NCBI GenBank assembly: GCA_022711575.1
Contig: JAKLES010000002.1
Coordinates: forward strand, 1 to 49,908
Direction of reading: 5' to 3'
Length of the DNA: 49,908 bases
Origin: Deltaproteobacteria bacterium
GTDB lineage: Bacteria > Desulfobacterota > Syntrophia > Syntrophales > Smithellaceae
The notes below the pieces were generated by a model. The model was not told the origin of the DNA. It saw nothing but the letters and a program-made list of their open reading frames with translations, and ran no database searches. The position numbers and the translations under genes were made by a program. Shown in pieces: positions 30,460-40,565 of this stretch (its first letter is position 1; each line of letters opens with the position of its first letter).

Positions 30460-33400
30460 ATTCAATAGCATTGCTATAAGCTTTATTTAGCCTGTCTAGC
30501 ATTTCTGGATTAGTTTTTCCTAGATAGTTTGTAAGTCTCCTATACTCAAGCGTATCTCTTGCTGGGCCTGGGACATTTTCCATCTTCATTAGGTTTTCAT
30601 AACCTTTTGCTTTTTGCTGTATATCTTTAGACTCTCTCTCAACTTTCTCAATCATCGCATCAAGAAGTTCTCCAGCAGTTTTTAAATCCCCTCTCTCCAA
30701 AGCTTCCCTTACACGTTTTGGAAATATACTACCTGGAACCATTGGGGAGCGAGTAATTTTTTCTCCAGTAGTTAGGTTAAAATCTCTAATTGCCTGGTCT
30801 AGTTGCTCTCGCCTAATTCTTTCTTCATTTAAAAATTCTGGAAAACTAGGTGCCCATTGCCTCCGAAGATAATTAAGTGTTTGCATATTCTGAGGGCCAA
30901 CATTTCCAAGATATTCTTTTGCAACCTCCAGAGGAGGAACTCCCTCAAAAAGATCCTGCATAGCCCTAACACTATCTCCAGCAATATTACCATAGATTTG
31001 AACATGAGGAATATTTATCCCTTGCAATCTCTGCTTTGTAGCTACGTCTATAATAGCTTTTGTGGCATCTCCTGCGATGCCTCCAATTCCTCCCACAGCA
31101 AAATAAGCTAGGAGGGTTTTTGACAAGGCAGCAACTTTAGTAGGATCATTAAGTGTGTTATTTACCTTTTCCTCTAATGTGTCTCCCTCTGAGCTTTGGA
31201 AAATACTAGTAATTGTAGGAAGTCCAGTAAAGTTTTTTCTAAACATTAAACTTCTAACAGTAGCAGCAGCTCCTCCTCCTAGAATTCCAAGAGCTAAAAT
31301 CTTTGGAACTTCTGAAACTCCCCTAGACTTAATAACATCTAATGTGTCTTGAGTTTGAGCTATTGCCCATTTAGCAAGCACGAGAAAATTTGCTCTAAGT
31401 CCTCCGTGTTTTAACATCCACTTAGGTTGTCCTGTTGGGCCATAATCTCCTTGAACAGACTTAAACAATCTATAAAGTGCAAGCTTGTCTTCTTCTGGAG
31501 TTAACTTTTCTACATTATTAACTCCAAGTTCTTTCATAAACTTTTGTGACCAGCTATCTCCTGCGAGGGCTTTTGCTTTTTGTGAAGCATATAGAAGTTT
31601 TGCAGCAGAATAATTATATGTTCTACCTGCATATTCCATAAACTCAGAAAAAGACAATTTACCAATCATCTTTGTTGTATTGTAAATAAGTTCATTTACA
31701 TCAACAGATGCTATTGATAAGTCTTTTAGATTTTTAATCCCAGCATCTTTAAGCATTACTTTTGCACTTCGGAGGATTGGACTTTTCTTAATAAATCCAG
31801 CTTTTGCAGCCTCTCTAAAATCCTCAAACACTCTGCCAGTTAAAGCGCTGTCAATAACATCTTTAAGATGACTTCCAACAAAACTCAATGGTGCTCGTTT
31901 GTAGAATAAAAATGGACCAGTAACAAGATTCCCTGCTCCTGTTCCAATTTGCAGCATTATTGACTTAGCTATTCCCCTAGCCCCTCGGTCTAGCCAATCG
32001 TCTTGAAAATTAACATTCGCAATATATTCAAGAATTGGTTTTAAGTCTGAGGTATTTGACAAGTCTTTTACAAGTTCTCCATTCTCCCAGGTAGTCCTAA
32101 CATCTTGTTTTGGATTCCAGGGATCTTTAAGCAGTCCTACAATATTTCTTGCCTTAGGATCACTTTCAACTAAGTCAAAGAAATTTCTATCCGCAGCCCA
32201 TCTCCTAGAAAATCTCTCAAAAGCCCGGTCAAAATTAGGCTCTGCAAATTCAATAGGAATTCCATCCCCCTCGGGTTTTCTTGTAGGACCATACCGGAGG
32301 TTTTGAACAGTCTTACCTAGATTTCCAGCAGCAGAGTATTTTTCAACAATAGCTTTTCTTACAACATTCTCATCAACATCTGGATGGTTTTGTTTTGTAA
32401 ACTCTACAAGTTTATTTAAAATCTGTTCTGCCTCTGGACTAGATGGATAATCTCGGAGGGTCTTAGCCACACTTGCCTCCATAGGCAAAGGATAATAAAA
32501 TGGATCTATCCCAGCCTCTCTAGCAACTCCATTATCTATCACAGGTTGCTTTGCGGCTATGCGGTCTTCTTGAAGTTTTCTTAAAATAGTCCTAATCTCA
32601 TTATATGCTTTAAGCATTTTTGGAGTGAAATCTGTCTTAGGCAAATATGCTTGTTTTAGCCTTTCATTTTGAAAATGCCTGTGGAGTTTCATCATGTCAG
32701 AAAAACTCCCTGCTTTGTGGATAGTATCTTTAAGTCTGTTTGCTATCCCCTCTCCGTCAAGCTCAGTTTTCTCTATAAGCTTTGTAATCCTAGGAGCAAT
32801 ATACTGACCCTCTCTGCCATGCTCAGGTTTTTTTAAAGCTTCTGTAGAAACAGTAAACCCAGGAAGTGCTCTTGCTCTAGGCTTATCTCCAAGAGCAGGA
32901 GCTTCAATCTCATCTAAGGCTTTTGGCTGCTTTGCAATTACATTAAGTTTGCTATCTATCTCATCAACATTCTCAACAACCTCATCAAGAACTTTCCTAG
33001 ATAATGCTTTCTTGTAGTCATTAACTGAAGCATCACCAAATCTGGCTTTTAGTCCTGCATAAATATCCTCCGCGAAAGCCTTTGTGCGAGGAAACCACGA
33101 ACCTACTTTTGAACGCAGCTCTAGGATCTTTGCTACTCTCTCTCCAACAAGTTGGATAAGTTTCTCATTAGCATCGTCTCCTCCCAGGGAAGCTTCCATC
33201 TTAGCAACAAAGTCAGGATCTTTAGCCCTCATGCGCTCAGTTACTAAGTGTCCTACTTCATGTGGAAGCGTGTCACTTGTGGCAGCCTGGGGATTGTAAT
33301 CTATCTCCTCTGTAGCAGTTTGAACCCTGCCTCTGAAGTCCTCCCCTGGAGTAATGTTGACCTTCTTTACTCCATGCTGACCTGCAAGGCCAAGCTCTTG

Positions 33401-34960
33401 GGTTGTAAGAGGACGTTCTACTGGAGTTGGTGAAACATCTCCAACCACATCAATTGGTTGTCTTTTTTGGGAAGCTTTTATTATATTAGGATAACGATCT
33501 GGATAAGTTCTCAAAAGGTGTAGAGCATAGTTTACAGCACCTTGCCTAACTTTATCTGCTCTTATCGTTTTTACCTCTGGATAAACACTAGAAAATTTCT
33601 CAAGGTAGCTCAGGAAATACAAATCATTTTGTTGCGAGAGTCTCCCAGGTGTATAACCTTCGTTTCTTCCATAGACTTTTTCTGCATGTTCTAACCAATC
33701 TTTTGCAGCATCATAAGCAAATTGTTCTTCGGCTTCTTTTTGTTTAGCAGAGATTCTACTGTAAAGTGTCTTCCCCTCCTGAGCAAGTTCGGCAGAACTT
33801 TTAAGCTCTGTGCTAGGTTTGTCTTGGTAAACTTCTGGAAGTTTCTCAATATCAGGTTTAAAACTAGGATCAGCAGGAGGACTTTTATCTGGCAAAAATA
33901 CAGGCTTTGCTCCCTCGCCAGTTTCAATATTAGCTTTAGCTTCTTCTGGAGGCTTAGGAACCCCAATAGGCTCCTCATAACCGTAAAGTCTTTTAAGCCT
34001 CTGGAATTCTGCTTCCATATGGCCTTCAAATTCTGGCTCAGAAGCTTTTTGCTTTATAGCTTCCTCTGCACTAATTGGAGCCATAGCTTTTTTCCTAACA
34101 CTTGCTTCTTTCTTGCTAGGAGGAGTTAATTCAAGTTCTCGAAGTTTCTTATAATCTGGTATAATCTCTCCTCGTTTTCCTTCAGTAGGTTTAAATTCTA
34201 GTTTTCCACTAGCAGCCTTCTCGTAAGTTTTAACAACCTCTTTAGGACTAGGTTTTTCTACTACCTCCGGAGCAGTAATTTTCTGCTCTGTGGGTTGGAA
34301 CATTTTATTTATACCCTTACTTATAAATGGAACTCGTTTAGTCCATCCGCGAGGGTCATTAAAAGGAATTCCTCCTAATGCTGCAATGCCAACTCTGGAG
34401 GGATCAACTTTTCCCTCAGAAGCAACCTCTGCTCCTGTTTCAACTCCAGCACTAACAGCAGACCCAGTAGCAACTGCTTTTAATGCAGACTTTTCTGCGG
34501 TAGTTAAAGCTGGTCTTAGTGCTTTTGGAGCACCAGAAAACAAAAGTTTCTTACTTGCTTCTAAAGCCCTCATTGTAGTAGGGCCAGACATTTTTAATGT
34601 AGGTAAGTTTCCTGCAATACTTCCAGCTAAAGCCGCTTTTGGATTTTGTGCCCTGCCTTGCTCAGAAGCTTTTTGAATACTTTCTGGGAGTGACTTTCTA
34701 AACAAATAATCATAGCCAAAACCTAAACCCATACTTGCTAATACTGCCCAGCCTACGGGAGTTCCAGCAGAAACTAACGCAGCCCCAGTTCCTAAAGCTC
34801 CAACAGATGCAGGAATAGATAATGCCGTCTCCCTAACCCCAGTAACAATAGGATTCTCAGTAACGGTAGGACTTTTATTGTCATCTACTCCTTTTATTTT
34901 AGGAGGAGACAAAGAAGGATCTTCTGGTTTATCTAGCTCCTTAAACATCAACTTACTCAT
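30401..34960 (-). CDS. Giant virion-associated protein (putative internal / ejection protein) with Gly/Ala-rich TM-like segments and an HExxH motif
   Basis: At 1519 aa it is the last gene of the late arm. The N-terminal hydrophobic stretch is GALGTGAALVSAGTPVGWAVLASMGLGFG, and the zincin-like motif is TLPHEVGHLVTE. Size and position resemble podovirus internal core proteins. Confidence 0.55.
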   Translation of the reverse strand: MSKLMFKELDKPEDPSLSPPKIKGVDDNKSPTVTENPIVTGVRETALSIPASVGALGTGAALVSAGTPVGWAVLASMGLGFGYDYLFRKSLPESIQKASEQGRAQNPKAALAGSIAGNLPTLKMSGPTTMRALEASKKLLFSGAPKALRPALTTAEKSALKAVATGSAVSAGVETGAEVASEGKVDPSRVGIAALGGIPFNDPRGWTKRVPFISKGINKMFQPTEQKITAPEVVEKPSPKEVVKTYEKAASGKLEFKPTEGKRGEIIPDYKKLRELELTPPSKKEASVRKKAMAPISAEEAIKQKASEPEFEGHMEAEFQRLKRLYGYEEPIGVPKPPEEAKANIETGEGAKPVFLPDKSPPADPSFKPDIEKLPEVYQDKPSTELKSSAELAQEGKTLYSRISAKQKEAEEQFAYDAAKDWLEHAEKVYGRNEGYTPGRLSQQNDLYFLSYLEKFSSVYPEVKTIRADKVRQGAVNYALHLLRTYPDRYPNIIKASQKRQPIDVVGDVSPTPVERPLTTQELGLAGQHGVKKVNITPGEDFRGRVQTATEEIDYNPQAATSDTLPHEVGHLVTERMRAKDPDFVAKMEASLGGDDANEKLIQLVGERVAKILELRSKVGSWFPRTKAFAEDIYAGLKARFGDASVNDYKKALSRKVLDEVVENVDEIDSKLNVIAKQPKALDEIEAPALGDKPRARALPGFTVSTEALKKPEHGREGQYIAPRITKLIEKTELDGEGIANRLKDTIHKAGSFSDMMKLHRHFQNERLKQAYLPKTDFTPKMLKAYNEIRTILRKLQEDRIAAKQPVIDNGVAREAGIDPFYYPLPMEASVAKTLRDYPSSPEAEQILNKLVEFTKQNHPDVDENVVRKAIVEKYSAAGNLGKTVQNLRYGPTRKPEGDGIPIEFAEPNFDRAFERFSRRWAADRNFFDLVESDPKARNIVGLLKDPWNPKQDVRTTWENGELVKDLSNTSDLKPILEYIANVNFQDDWLDRGARGIAKSIMLQIGTGAGNLVTGPFLFYKRAPLSFVGSHLKDVIDSALTGRVFEDFREAAKAGFIKKSPILRSAKVMLKDAGIKNLKDLSIASVDVNELIYNTTKMIGKLSFSEFMEYAGRTYNYSAAKLLYASQKAKALAGDSWSQKFMKELGVNNVEKLTPEEDKLALYRLFKSVQGDYGPTGQPKWMLKHGGLRANFLVLAKWAIAQTQDTLDVIKSRGVSEVPKILALGILGGGAAATVRSLMFRKNFTGLPTITSIFQSSEGDTLEEKVNNTLNDPTKVAALSKTLLAYFAVGGIGGIAGDATKAIIDVATKQRLQGINIPHVQIYGNIAGDSVRAMQDLFEGVPPLEVAKEYLGNVGPQNMQTLNYLRRQWAPSFPEFLNEERIRREQLDQAIRDFNLTTGEKITRSPMVPGSIFPKRVREALERGDLKTAGELLDAMIEKVERESKDIQQKAKGYENLMKMENVPGPARDTLEYRRLTNYLGKTNPEMLDRLNKAYSNAIESKKFRTRYVAPRAVESLTR

Positions 34961-36051
34961 TTTATTCCTCCAGTAATAAAAGCTTCATATCTCCTAAGTA
35001 ACTCAGAAATATACCTAGGGTCTAGTATTTTTACTGTATCTGGATGGGCTAAGATTTCCTGAACTTCTTGTAAAGAAAGACTATCAACTTCCCTGCCTCC
35101 ATATTTTGATCTAAGATCAACAGGTTTAGTTCCAGTATTAAATCCTCCGCTTTCATCTCCAGATCCAATAAGTTGATTTAGGGTTATTGGAGGTTTCTGA
35201 GGAGCCTTTATCACATTTACTGGTTCTCCCGGGGCTTTAATCTGAGACATACCCCCATAATAAGAAGTAGGAAATGTTCCAGCAAGTGCAGCATTTCCAG
35301 CTCTTGAGGCATTTTCCCAAATTGCCCTAGGTCTTTCAAATTCCTGTGCAATTTTTGCAGCCTCCTCCGCAGAGTTTGCCTTAGCAATACTAGCACGTTC
35401 TTCAAAAGGACTAACTCTCATCTGACTTTCAAGTTCTTGAGTTCTCCTAGAAGCTTCCAGAGGAGCTAAAGCTTGGTCATTTAATGCTTTTTCTCTCTTG
35501 GCAATATCTCCTTGTGTTTGAGCTTCATAAGCAGCACGATATTGATTTTCTAACTCTGCTCTATGCGCGGGATTTTGTTGCCATCCAAGTTTCATCCCAG
35601 CAGTATCCGCAGCAAGATCAGACTCAGCAATGTTTTGTTTTGCTCCAGAAAGCTTAGACTGAACACTACTGGTTATTAAGTTTGGAGTTACTTTTTGTAA
35701 ATGCCCTGCTAAGTTTTTAAGCTCTTGCCTATACATAGCAACATTCTCATCTGTAGGAGCCAGATTGTAGTTTGTTGCTATGAAAGACTTCATAGCAGTA
35801 TCATCAGTTAAAAGCTTTCCAACATATTTTTCAACCAAAGCATTGTTAGACCTAGTTGCTTCAAGATCAATATTATACTTATTCCTAAGTTGCTCTTGGA
35901 GTTGGTTTAGTTTATACTGTTGATTTAACCTGTCAGCAGTAAACTTATTCTGACCTCCTCCGAGGACTTCATCCCAAAACTTACTTCCAGACCTTTTATA
36001 AGGCATGTAGTTTGGATCAGATATATCACCAGCAACAAATTGAACAGGCAT
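34957..36051 (-). CDS. Virion-module protein (possible internal protein)
   Basis: 364-aa ORF, helical and Gln/Ala-rich, coupled to its neighbours. Confidence 0.5.
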   Translation of the reverse strand: MPVQFVAGDISDPNYMPYKRSGSKFWDEVLGGGQNKFTADRLNQQYKLNQLQEQLRNKYNIDLEATRSNNALVEKYVGKLLTDDTAMKSFIATNYNLAPTDENVAMYRQELKNLAGHLQKVTPNLITSSVQSKLSGAKQNIAESDLAADTAGMKLGWQQNPAHRAELENQYRAAYEAQTQGDIAKREKALNDQALAPLEASRRTQELESQMRVSPFEERASIAKANSAEEAAKIAQEFERPRAIWENASRAGNAALAGTFPTSYYGGMSQIKAPGEPVNVIKAPQKPPITLNQLIGSGDESGGFNTGTKPVDLRSKYGGREVDSLSLQEVQEILAHPDTVKILDPRYISELLRRYEAFITGGIK

Positions 36052-36054
36052 ATG

Positions 36055-37254
36055 TTATCCTTTGAAAAATTTTACCCCACCAAATTTACCAATAATATTC
36101 CACAAAGCAAACCAGAACTCCTTAACAGGTTTATAAACCCAACCATGTTTGAATCCCGGAATTCCACAATAATATCCACCATAAGTAGAAAGAGGCTTAA
36201 CCATAAAACTATTTACTAACCACCTAGCAAGTTTATACTTTCTCATAAGTGGCACTAGATAGTTAGAAGTAATAACATACCCATTGCGTTTTTGCATAGT
36301 GTAAAACTTATCTCTACAATATCTAACAAACCAAGGAAGTTTTCCATTGTAAGATTCTAGGAAAATAAAACAACATCCAAGCCCAGCTCCTCCGGCCCTA
36401 GAATAAGATATATCACCCATCCCAGGGATAAAATTCTGCCACCAATTACCTTGATTCATCTTAGCAATATCCGCTTGTGTCTGACTTTGGTTTAAGTTAG
36501 ACATGTAGTTCATAAAGTTGCCTGTAAGCTGGGTAGCATCAGAAAAATCAGGCTGTGAAATACCTGTAAACTTACCCTCGCCGGGGTTAATGCTAGGTCT
36601 TCCAAGTGCAGTTTGAACAGGATCAAGTCCATATCTCATCGAGGGCATTGATTGAGTAGCTAATCCGAGGGCTTGTCCAAAAGCTTGTTGGTTTTCAAGT
36701 TCTCGTTGTCTTTGTGCATTTCCATAAGTCATCGCACTTCCAACAACATTAATAGGAGCAGGAGATGTTCCTACTCCAAGTCTTTCCATCTGTTGGTTTG
36801 TTGCTCGCTCTATTTGAGATTGTTCTCCAGCACTTAGTTGGCCACTAAGATCAATAGAGCCAATTAGTTTTTGCAAGCCCTCATTAACTGTCGCGCGGGT
36901 TTGGAAAAATTCTGGATCAAGAGTTTTGGATGTTTCTAGCGCAGTAGCGATAAGGTCTTTACCTGGACCTTGCAAAACCTCTAAGTCAGTAAGGCTATCT
37001 GCAAGTCTGTTATCACTAATTATATCCCTCCCAATAGCATTTAACTTTGGAGCATAAGCACTGTAAAGCTCCTCCATTAAAGCTGCATATTTGGGAGAAA
37101 ATTCAGCGGACTTACCATAACGTAAGTCTTCCATTTTTCCAGCAAGATCAAGCTCTGCTTTTACATACTCTGGAAGCAGAGTTTTAATCATGCTTACTTG
37201 CTCTGAGGCTGAAAGCCCCGGGCAACCTCCACTATCTTTTCCACCACTACCCAT
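36055..37254 (-). CDS. Virion-module protein with a Cys/aromatic-rich C-terminal domain
   Basis: 399-aa ORF. The C-terminus reads GCCFIFLESYNGKLPWFVRYCRDKFY..LVPLMRK.. Confidence 0.5.
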   Translation of the reverse strand: MGSGGKDSGGCPGLSASEQVSMIKTLLPEYVKAELDLAGKMEDLRYGKSAEFSPKYAALMEELYSAYAPKLNAIGRDIISDNRLADSLTDLEVLQGPGKDLIATALETSKTLDPEFFQTRATVNEGLQKLIGSIDLSGQLSAGEQSQIERATNQQMERLGVGTSPAPINVVGSAMTYGNAQRQRELENQQAFGQALGLATQSMPSMRYGLDPVQTALGRPSINPGEGKFTGISQPDFSDATQLTGNFMNYMSNLNQSQTQADIAKMNQGNWWQNFIPGMGDISYSRAGGAGLGCCFIFLESYNGKLPWFVRYCRDKFYTMQKRNGYVITSNYLVPLMRKYKLARWLVNSFMVKPLSTYGGYYCGIPGFKHGWVYKPVKEFWFALWNIIGKFGGVKFFKG

Positions 37255-37259
37255 AATTT

Positions 37260-37622
37260 TTATTCTCCTATGAAGAAGTTAATAAGTCGCTCACTAGGAG
37301 TTATAGTCCGAAATTTATCATGTCTTTGCACTAAAAGTTTCCATCCAGTAAATCGTTGCTTGTAAATCTCAAAAGCTTTTTTCATGCACTCTGCGCAGCA
37401 AGCAGGATGACAAAGGATGTTCTTGACCCAAACAGCTTTTTGACACTCATAAGCTTTTAGCAACATTATCCCAACTGGTTTGTTGCCATTAGTAAAAACA
37501 ACCAACCCACAATCTTCTAGTCCTTCCTTTATCAAACCCAAAATATCAGCTCTGCTACAGCCTGGAAAAGCTTTCCCTCGCGGGACACTTTCTACAAAAT
37601 CCACAACGTCACCTATTGTCAT
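37260..37622 (-). CDS. Hypothetical protein
   Basis: 120-aa ORF with an ATGA-type overlap with the upstream gene. Confidence 0.5.
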   Translation of the reverse strand: MTIGDVVDFVESVPRGKAFPGCSRADILGLIKEGLEDCGLVVFTNGNKPVGIMLLKAYECQKAVWVKNILCHPACCAECMKKAFEIYKQRFTGWKLLVQRHDKFRTITPSERLINFFIGE

Positions 37623-37945
37623 GACAAAACTCCTGAGTTTTTAAGCACGGCTATTAAAATCTCAAGTCTGGCATTTAGATAGTCTATCTGAGTTCTAAAA
37701 TTGTCTGTCATTGCTTTTGATGCAACAAACACGCTATCCCCATCAGTGGTAGTAATATTATAACAAGGAGCTGCTGTTTCTGGGGGAAAACTTGCTACTG
37801 CAATTGCTCCTTTGTAAACTACCCCTGGGGTAGTAGATGTCGCATCTGGAACAGTTAGACTTTCTCTCCAATTATTCGCAGCCGCCATGTCTGCAAACAA
37901 AACATTTGGATCTGTAAATTCGTTGCTAGAAACATTAACTGACAT
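37619..37945 (-). CDS. Hypothetical virion-module protein
   Basis: 108-aa ORF. Confidence 0.5.
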   Translation of the reverse strand: MSVNVSSNEFTDPNVLFADMAAANNWRESLTVPDATSTTPGVVYKGAIAVASFPPETAAPCYNITTTDGDSVFVASKAMTDNFRTQIDYLNARLEILIAVLKNSGVLS

Positions 37946-39608
37946 AAGATTGTTGTTTTAATGATTGTTCAAGACCAATATCACTACTTACGTGGACCAG
38001 CCTCGTAAGCTCTGCATCAGAAGTCCAGGTTATGTAATAACCCAGCTTCCATCCAGTTAGACCATGCAAAAGCTGGAAAACCATGTTGTCTATTGTAGGA
38101 GCTGCAAGATAGGAAGCTGGATAATAAACAGGATACTCAATAGACAAACTTTTTGCTGTAAGATTTTTACTTATTGGGTCTGTTCTTTTTCCGTCTGACA
38201 CAACACTTACTGTAAGTGCTCCCTCGTTTACTGAAGATGAGAAAGTTAATTGAACTCTTGTTGGGCGTTGTTCAATAATGTTTAGCTCATTTGTAAAAGT
38301 CCTCGTAGATACTCTAGGAATTTCTATATCTTCCGAGGAAAACATCTCATAAACTTGAGAGCTTGTTATTGCAAACATCCTTCCAGCATCTTTATGTGTA
38401 GCAAATTGTCTAATATAGCCATTAACTACTGTGCTTCTATAAACACTACTATACTGTCCTGAGAGCATGTCATAGACTAAAATCCCCGGGCCTCCGTAGT
38501 AGAATCTAAACGCAAACAATGCGTAGTCGTCAAAATACCCAACGCAACACTCATCAGAAATCTGAGGATCACCAGAAAAAAGCTTCTCAACTTGTAAAGA
38601 AAATATACTATTCTTACCTTCTGTAGTGTTCTGTAAAACCGCATTAAAACTGCGGATTCCATCAGAGTTTAAAAATGCAATATCTCCAAGCAAATCTACA
38701 ATAGACCTTTCGTTAATAACTCCTGTGCTAAAGAGGGATTTTTGAACAAACGTTGGTTCTCCAAAAATAGTAATCTCATAGTTAGGAGTAACTGTGAAAC
38801 AATCATCAGCAGTTGCAACAAGAACTTCTCCAGAGTTTAATGTTTTGAGACAGGTAATTTTGTCGAACCCAACTGCCCAAGCAACTGTTGTTGCATCAGA
38901 AACTTTATTACCATTGTTATCAATCGCGACAACAAAATCCAAAGGTCTACCACTAACACTATGATAAAGTAACTTGCCATCAGGAGAAGCAATGAATAAA
39001 ATCCCATTTGCGTAAGCCATTTGCTTTCCAACAGGAACATACTCTCTTGAAGTGGGTGTCCAGTCATCATAAGTTTGTGTCCTTCTGGCAGCTAAACCTG
39101 ATGTTGATTCGTAGATAATCCAAGGTTGCTCTACTCCGTTCTGCACCACAAGTGCTTGGGGGGTTCCGTTTATTGTTGTTGAGGGAGAAATGAGAACATC
39201 TGAAGTTGCATCAGATCCATTAGACAATTTACGGAGTAAGTTTGAAGTAGAAGCCGGGACAAGTTGGAAATAGCAATCTGCGTAGAAATTAGAAAACTGA
39301 AAACCTTTTACTCTTTTAAATAATATCTCCTCTCTAGGATTAGCAAGATTGAGTTTATAATACCAAGCTTGCCCAGAAGCAATCACAATTAGATAATCAC
39401 CTAAAAATGCTATTCCTCTTGGGATATATGCTCTATTGTTGTCTGTAAAATCTCTCCAATTATTAAGCAGTTCGCATTTTTTAAGAGGCTTAAGTGTTCC
39501 TAGTCTGGAGCTTACATTATAAGCTAACCCATACTCATCATCCATTAAGTTAGCATCATCAACTAGGAGGTTCATCCCTCCGAGGAAAGATTTCTGAACA
39601 GCAATCAT
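37935..39608 (-). CDS. Structural protein (possible tail tube / nozzle component)
   Basis: 557-aa beta-rich ORF between the tailspike and the internal proteins. The call is positional only. Confidence 0.5.
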   Translation of the reverse strand: MIAVQKSFLGGMNLLVDDANLMDDEYGLAYNVSSRLGTLKPLKKCELLNNWRDFTDNNRAYIPRGIAFLGDYLIVIASGQAWYYKLNLANPREEILFKRVKGFQFSNFYADCYFQLVPASTSNLLRKLSNGSDATSDVLISPSTTINGTPQALVVQNGVEQPWIIYESTSGLAARRTQTYDDWTPTSREYVPVGKQMAYANGILFIASPDGKLLYHSVSGRPLDFVVAIDNNGNKVSDATTVAWAVGFDKITCLKTLNSGEVLVATADDCFTVTPNYEITIFGEPTFVQKSLFSTGVINERSIVDLLGDIAFLNSDGIRSFNAVLQNTTEGKNSIFSLQVEKLFSGDPQISDECCVGYFDDYALFAFRFYYGGPGILVYDMLSGQYSSVYRSTVVNGYIRQFATHKDAGRMFAITSSQVYEMFSSEDIEIPRVSTRTFTNELNIIEQRPTRVQLTFSSSVNEGALTVSVVSDGKRTDPISKNLTAKSLSIEYPVYYPASYLAAPTIDNMVFQLLHGLTGWKLGYYITWTSDAELTRLVHVSSDIGLEQSLKQQSYVS

Positions 39609-40564
39609 ACTGCTTTGTGTGTAGGTCTGCTTAGATTGTTGAAAAACAAATTATCATGAGGATGTCGTTGGAATTCAAACCTCATAGTCTTTCCACCAAT
39701 AGTATCTTTGTGAATTCTAGAAGCTATACTTTCTGCTTTTTGTCCCCAAATCTGTGCTCGTTCTTCTGCCCCGGGCATTTCTTCATAATAAAGCTGCATG
39801 GCTTTTCCAACAATTACATCATCATATCCCTCAACCGGGAAAGTATCAGAATCATAAAACAGCCTAGGTAGCACAGGTTTGAACAAAACCTCCATACACA
39901 AACTCTCTGCGGTTTGAGGAGGAATTGTAAAGGGAAAATCTGCAATATCCAAAACTGTATATGCTGTAGTTAGCATGTTGTTATACAGTATAGCAAGAAC
40001 ATTGCCAGAGTCATCTGTGATAGTTACGTCTTGGGTGTTTTTCTCTAGTTTTGTAATTGATTCTATATCTTCAAACTGATTCACAGAACTGGTAGTTATC
40101 GATGTAAGTTCTATCTCCTCTGCAACAGAAGCAGCATCAGCAGTTTTTCCAACAGCATAAATAGTAAGTGCAGGAGATTCTACTGAGTTTACTGCAAGAT
40201 GTAAAGGAGTTATTTCTGTAATATCCTTACACAAAGCTCTCTTGCCTTTATCCCTCCATCCTGTCCACTCATGGACCCAAGAATACATGTGGTATCTTGG
40301 GCGTAGGTCTTGAATTGTCCAAGGATATTTAGAATCAAACTCTCTAATTGCTCGGACTTTTCCTACAAAAGCAGGAAGTGCAATCTCATAATTTCCGTTC
40401 ACTTGCACAATGCACTCTCTTAAACATCCCGCAAGGTCTGTTGATGTCCAAAGCTCAGAACAAGCCTCGTTTATAAATTCTACAGCAACTTGTCTTTGTG
40501 CTACATCAGAGGAAGCAATTCCTGCTTTTCTGCAAAACTTATCTACAATTGTTTTAAGTGCCAT
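39605..40564 (-). CDS. Structural protein (possible adaptor / tail component)
   Basis: 319-aa ORF immediately downstream of the tailspike. The call is positional only. Confidence 0.5.
   Translation of the reverse strand: MALKTIVDKFCRKAGIASSDVAQRQVAVEFINEACSELWTSTDLAGCLRECIVQVNGNYEIALPAFVGKVRAIREFDSKYPWTIQDLRPRYHMYSWVHEWTGWRDKGKRALCKDITEITPLHLAVNSVESPALTIYAVGKTADAASVAEEIELTSITTSSVNQFEDIESITKLEKNTQDVTITDDSGNVLAILYNNMLTTAYTVLDIADFPFTIPPQTAESLCMEVLFKPVLPRLFYDSDTFPVEGYDDVIVGKAMQLYYEEMPGAEERAQIWGQKAESIASRIHKDTIGGKTMRFEFQRHPHDNLFFNNLSRPTHKAV
39991..40008 (-). promoter_or_regulatory. Weaker intragenic sigma-54 type (-24/-12) motif
   Basis: The minus strand reads CTGGCAATGTTCTTGCTA, with GG-N10-GC spacing (GG 40006-40005, GC 39994-39993). 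It lies inside the 319-aa ORF and closely resembles the capsid promoter -12 region (GTTCTTGCT). Confidence 0.35.
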
Positions 40565-40565
40565 A

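Noticed and set aside
33691-34129. ORFs of 112 and 135 aa (and several others of 60-130 aa) inside the 1519-aa gene and other large genes
   Set aside because: They are embedded in, or antisense to, long uninterrupted ORFs, and their translations are biased by composition. They are treated as shadows. The same reasoning applies to 48255-48701, 49086-49445, 42183-42482, 24888-25291, 14801-15139 and similar ORFs.
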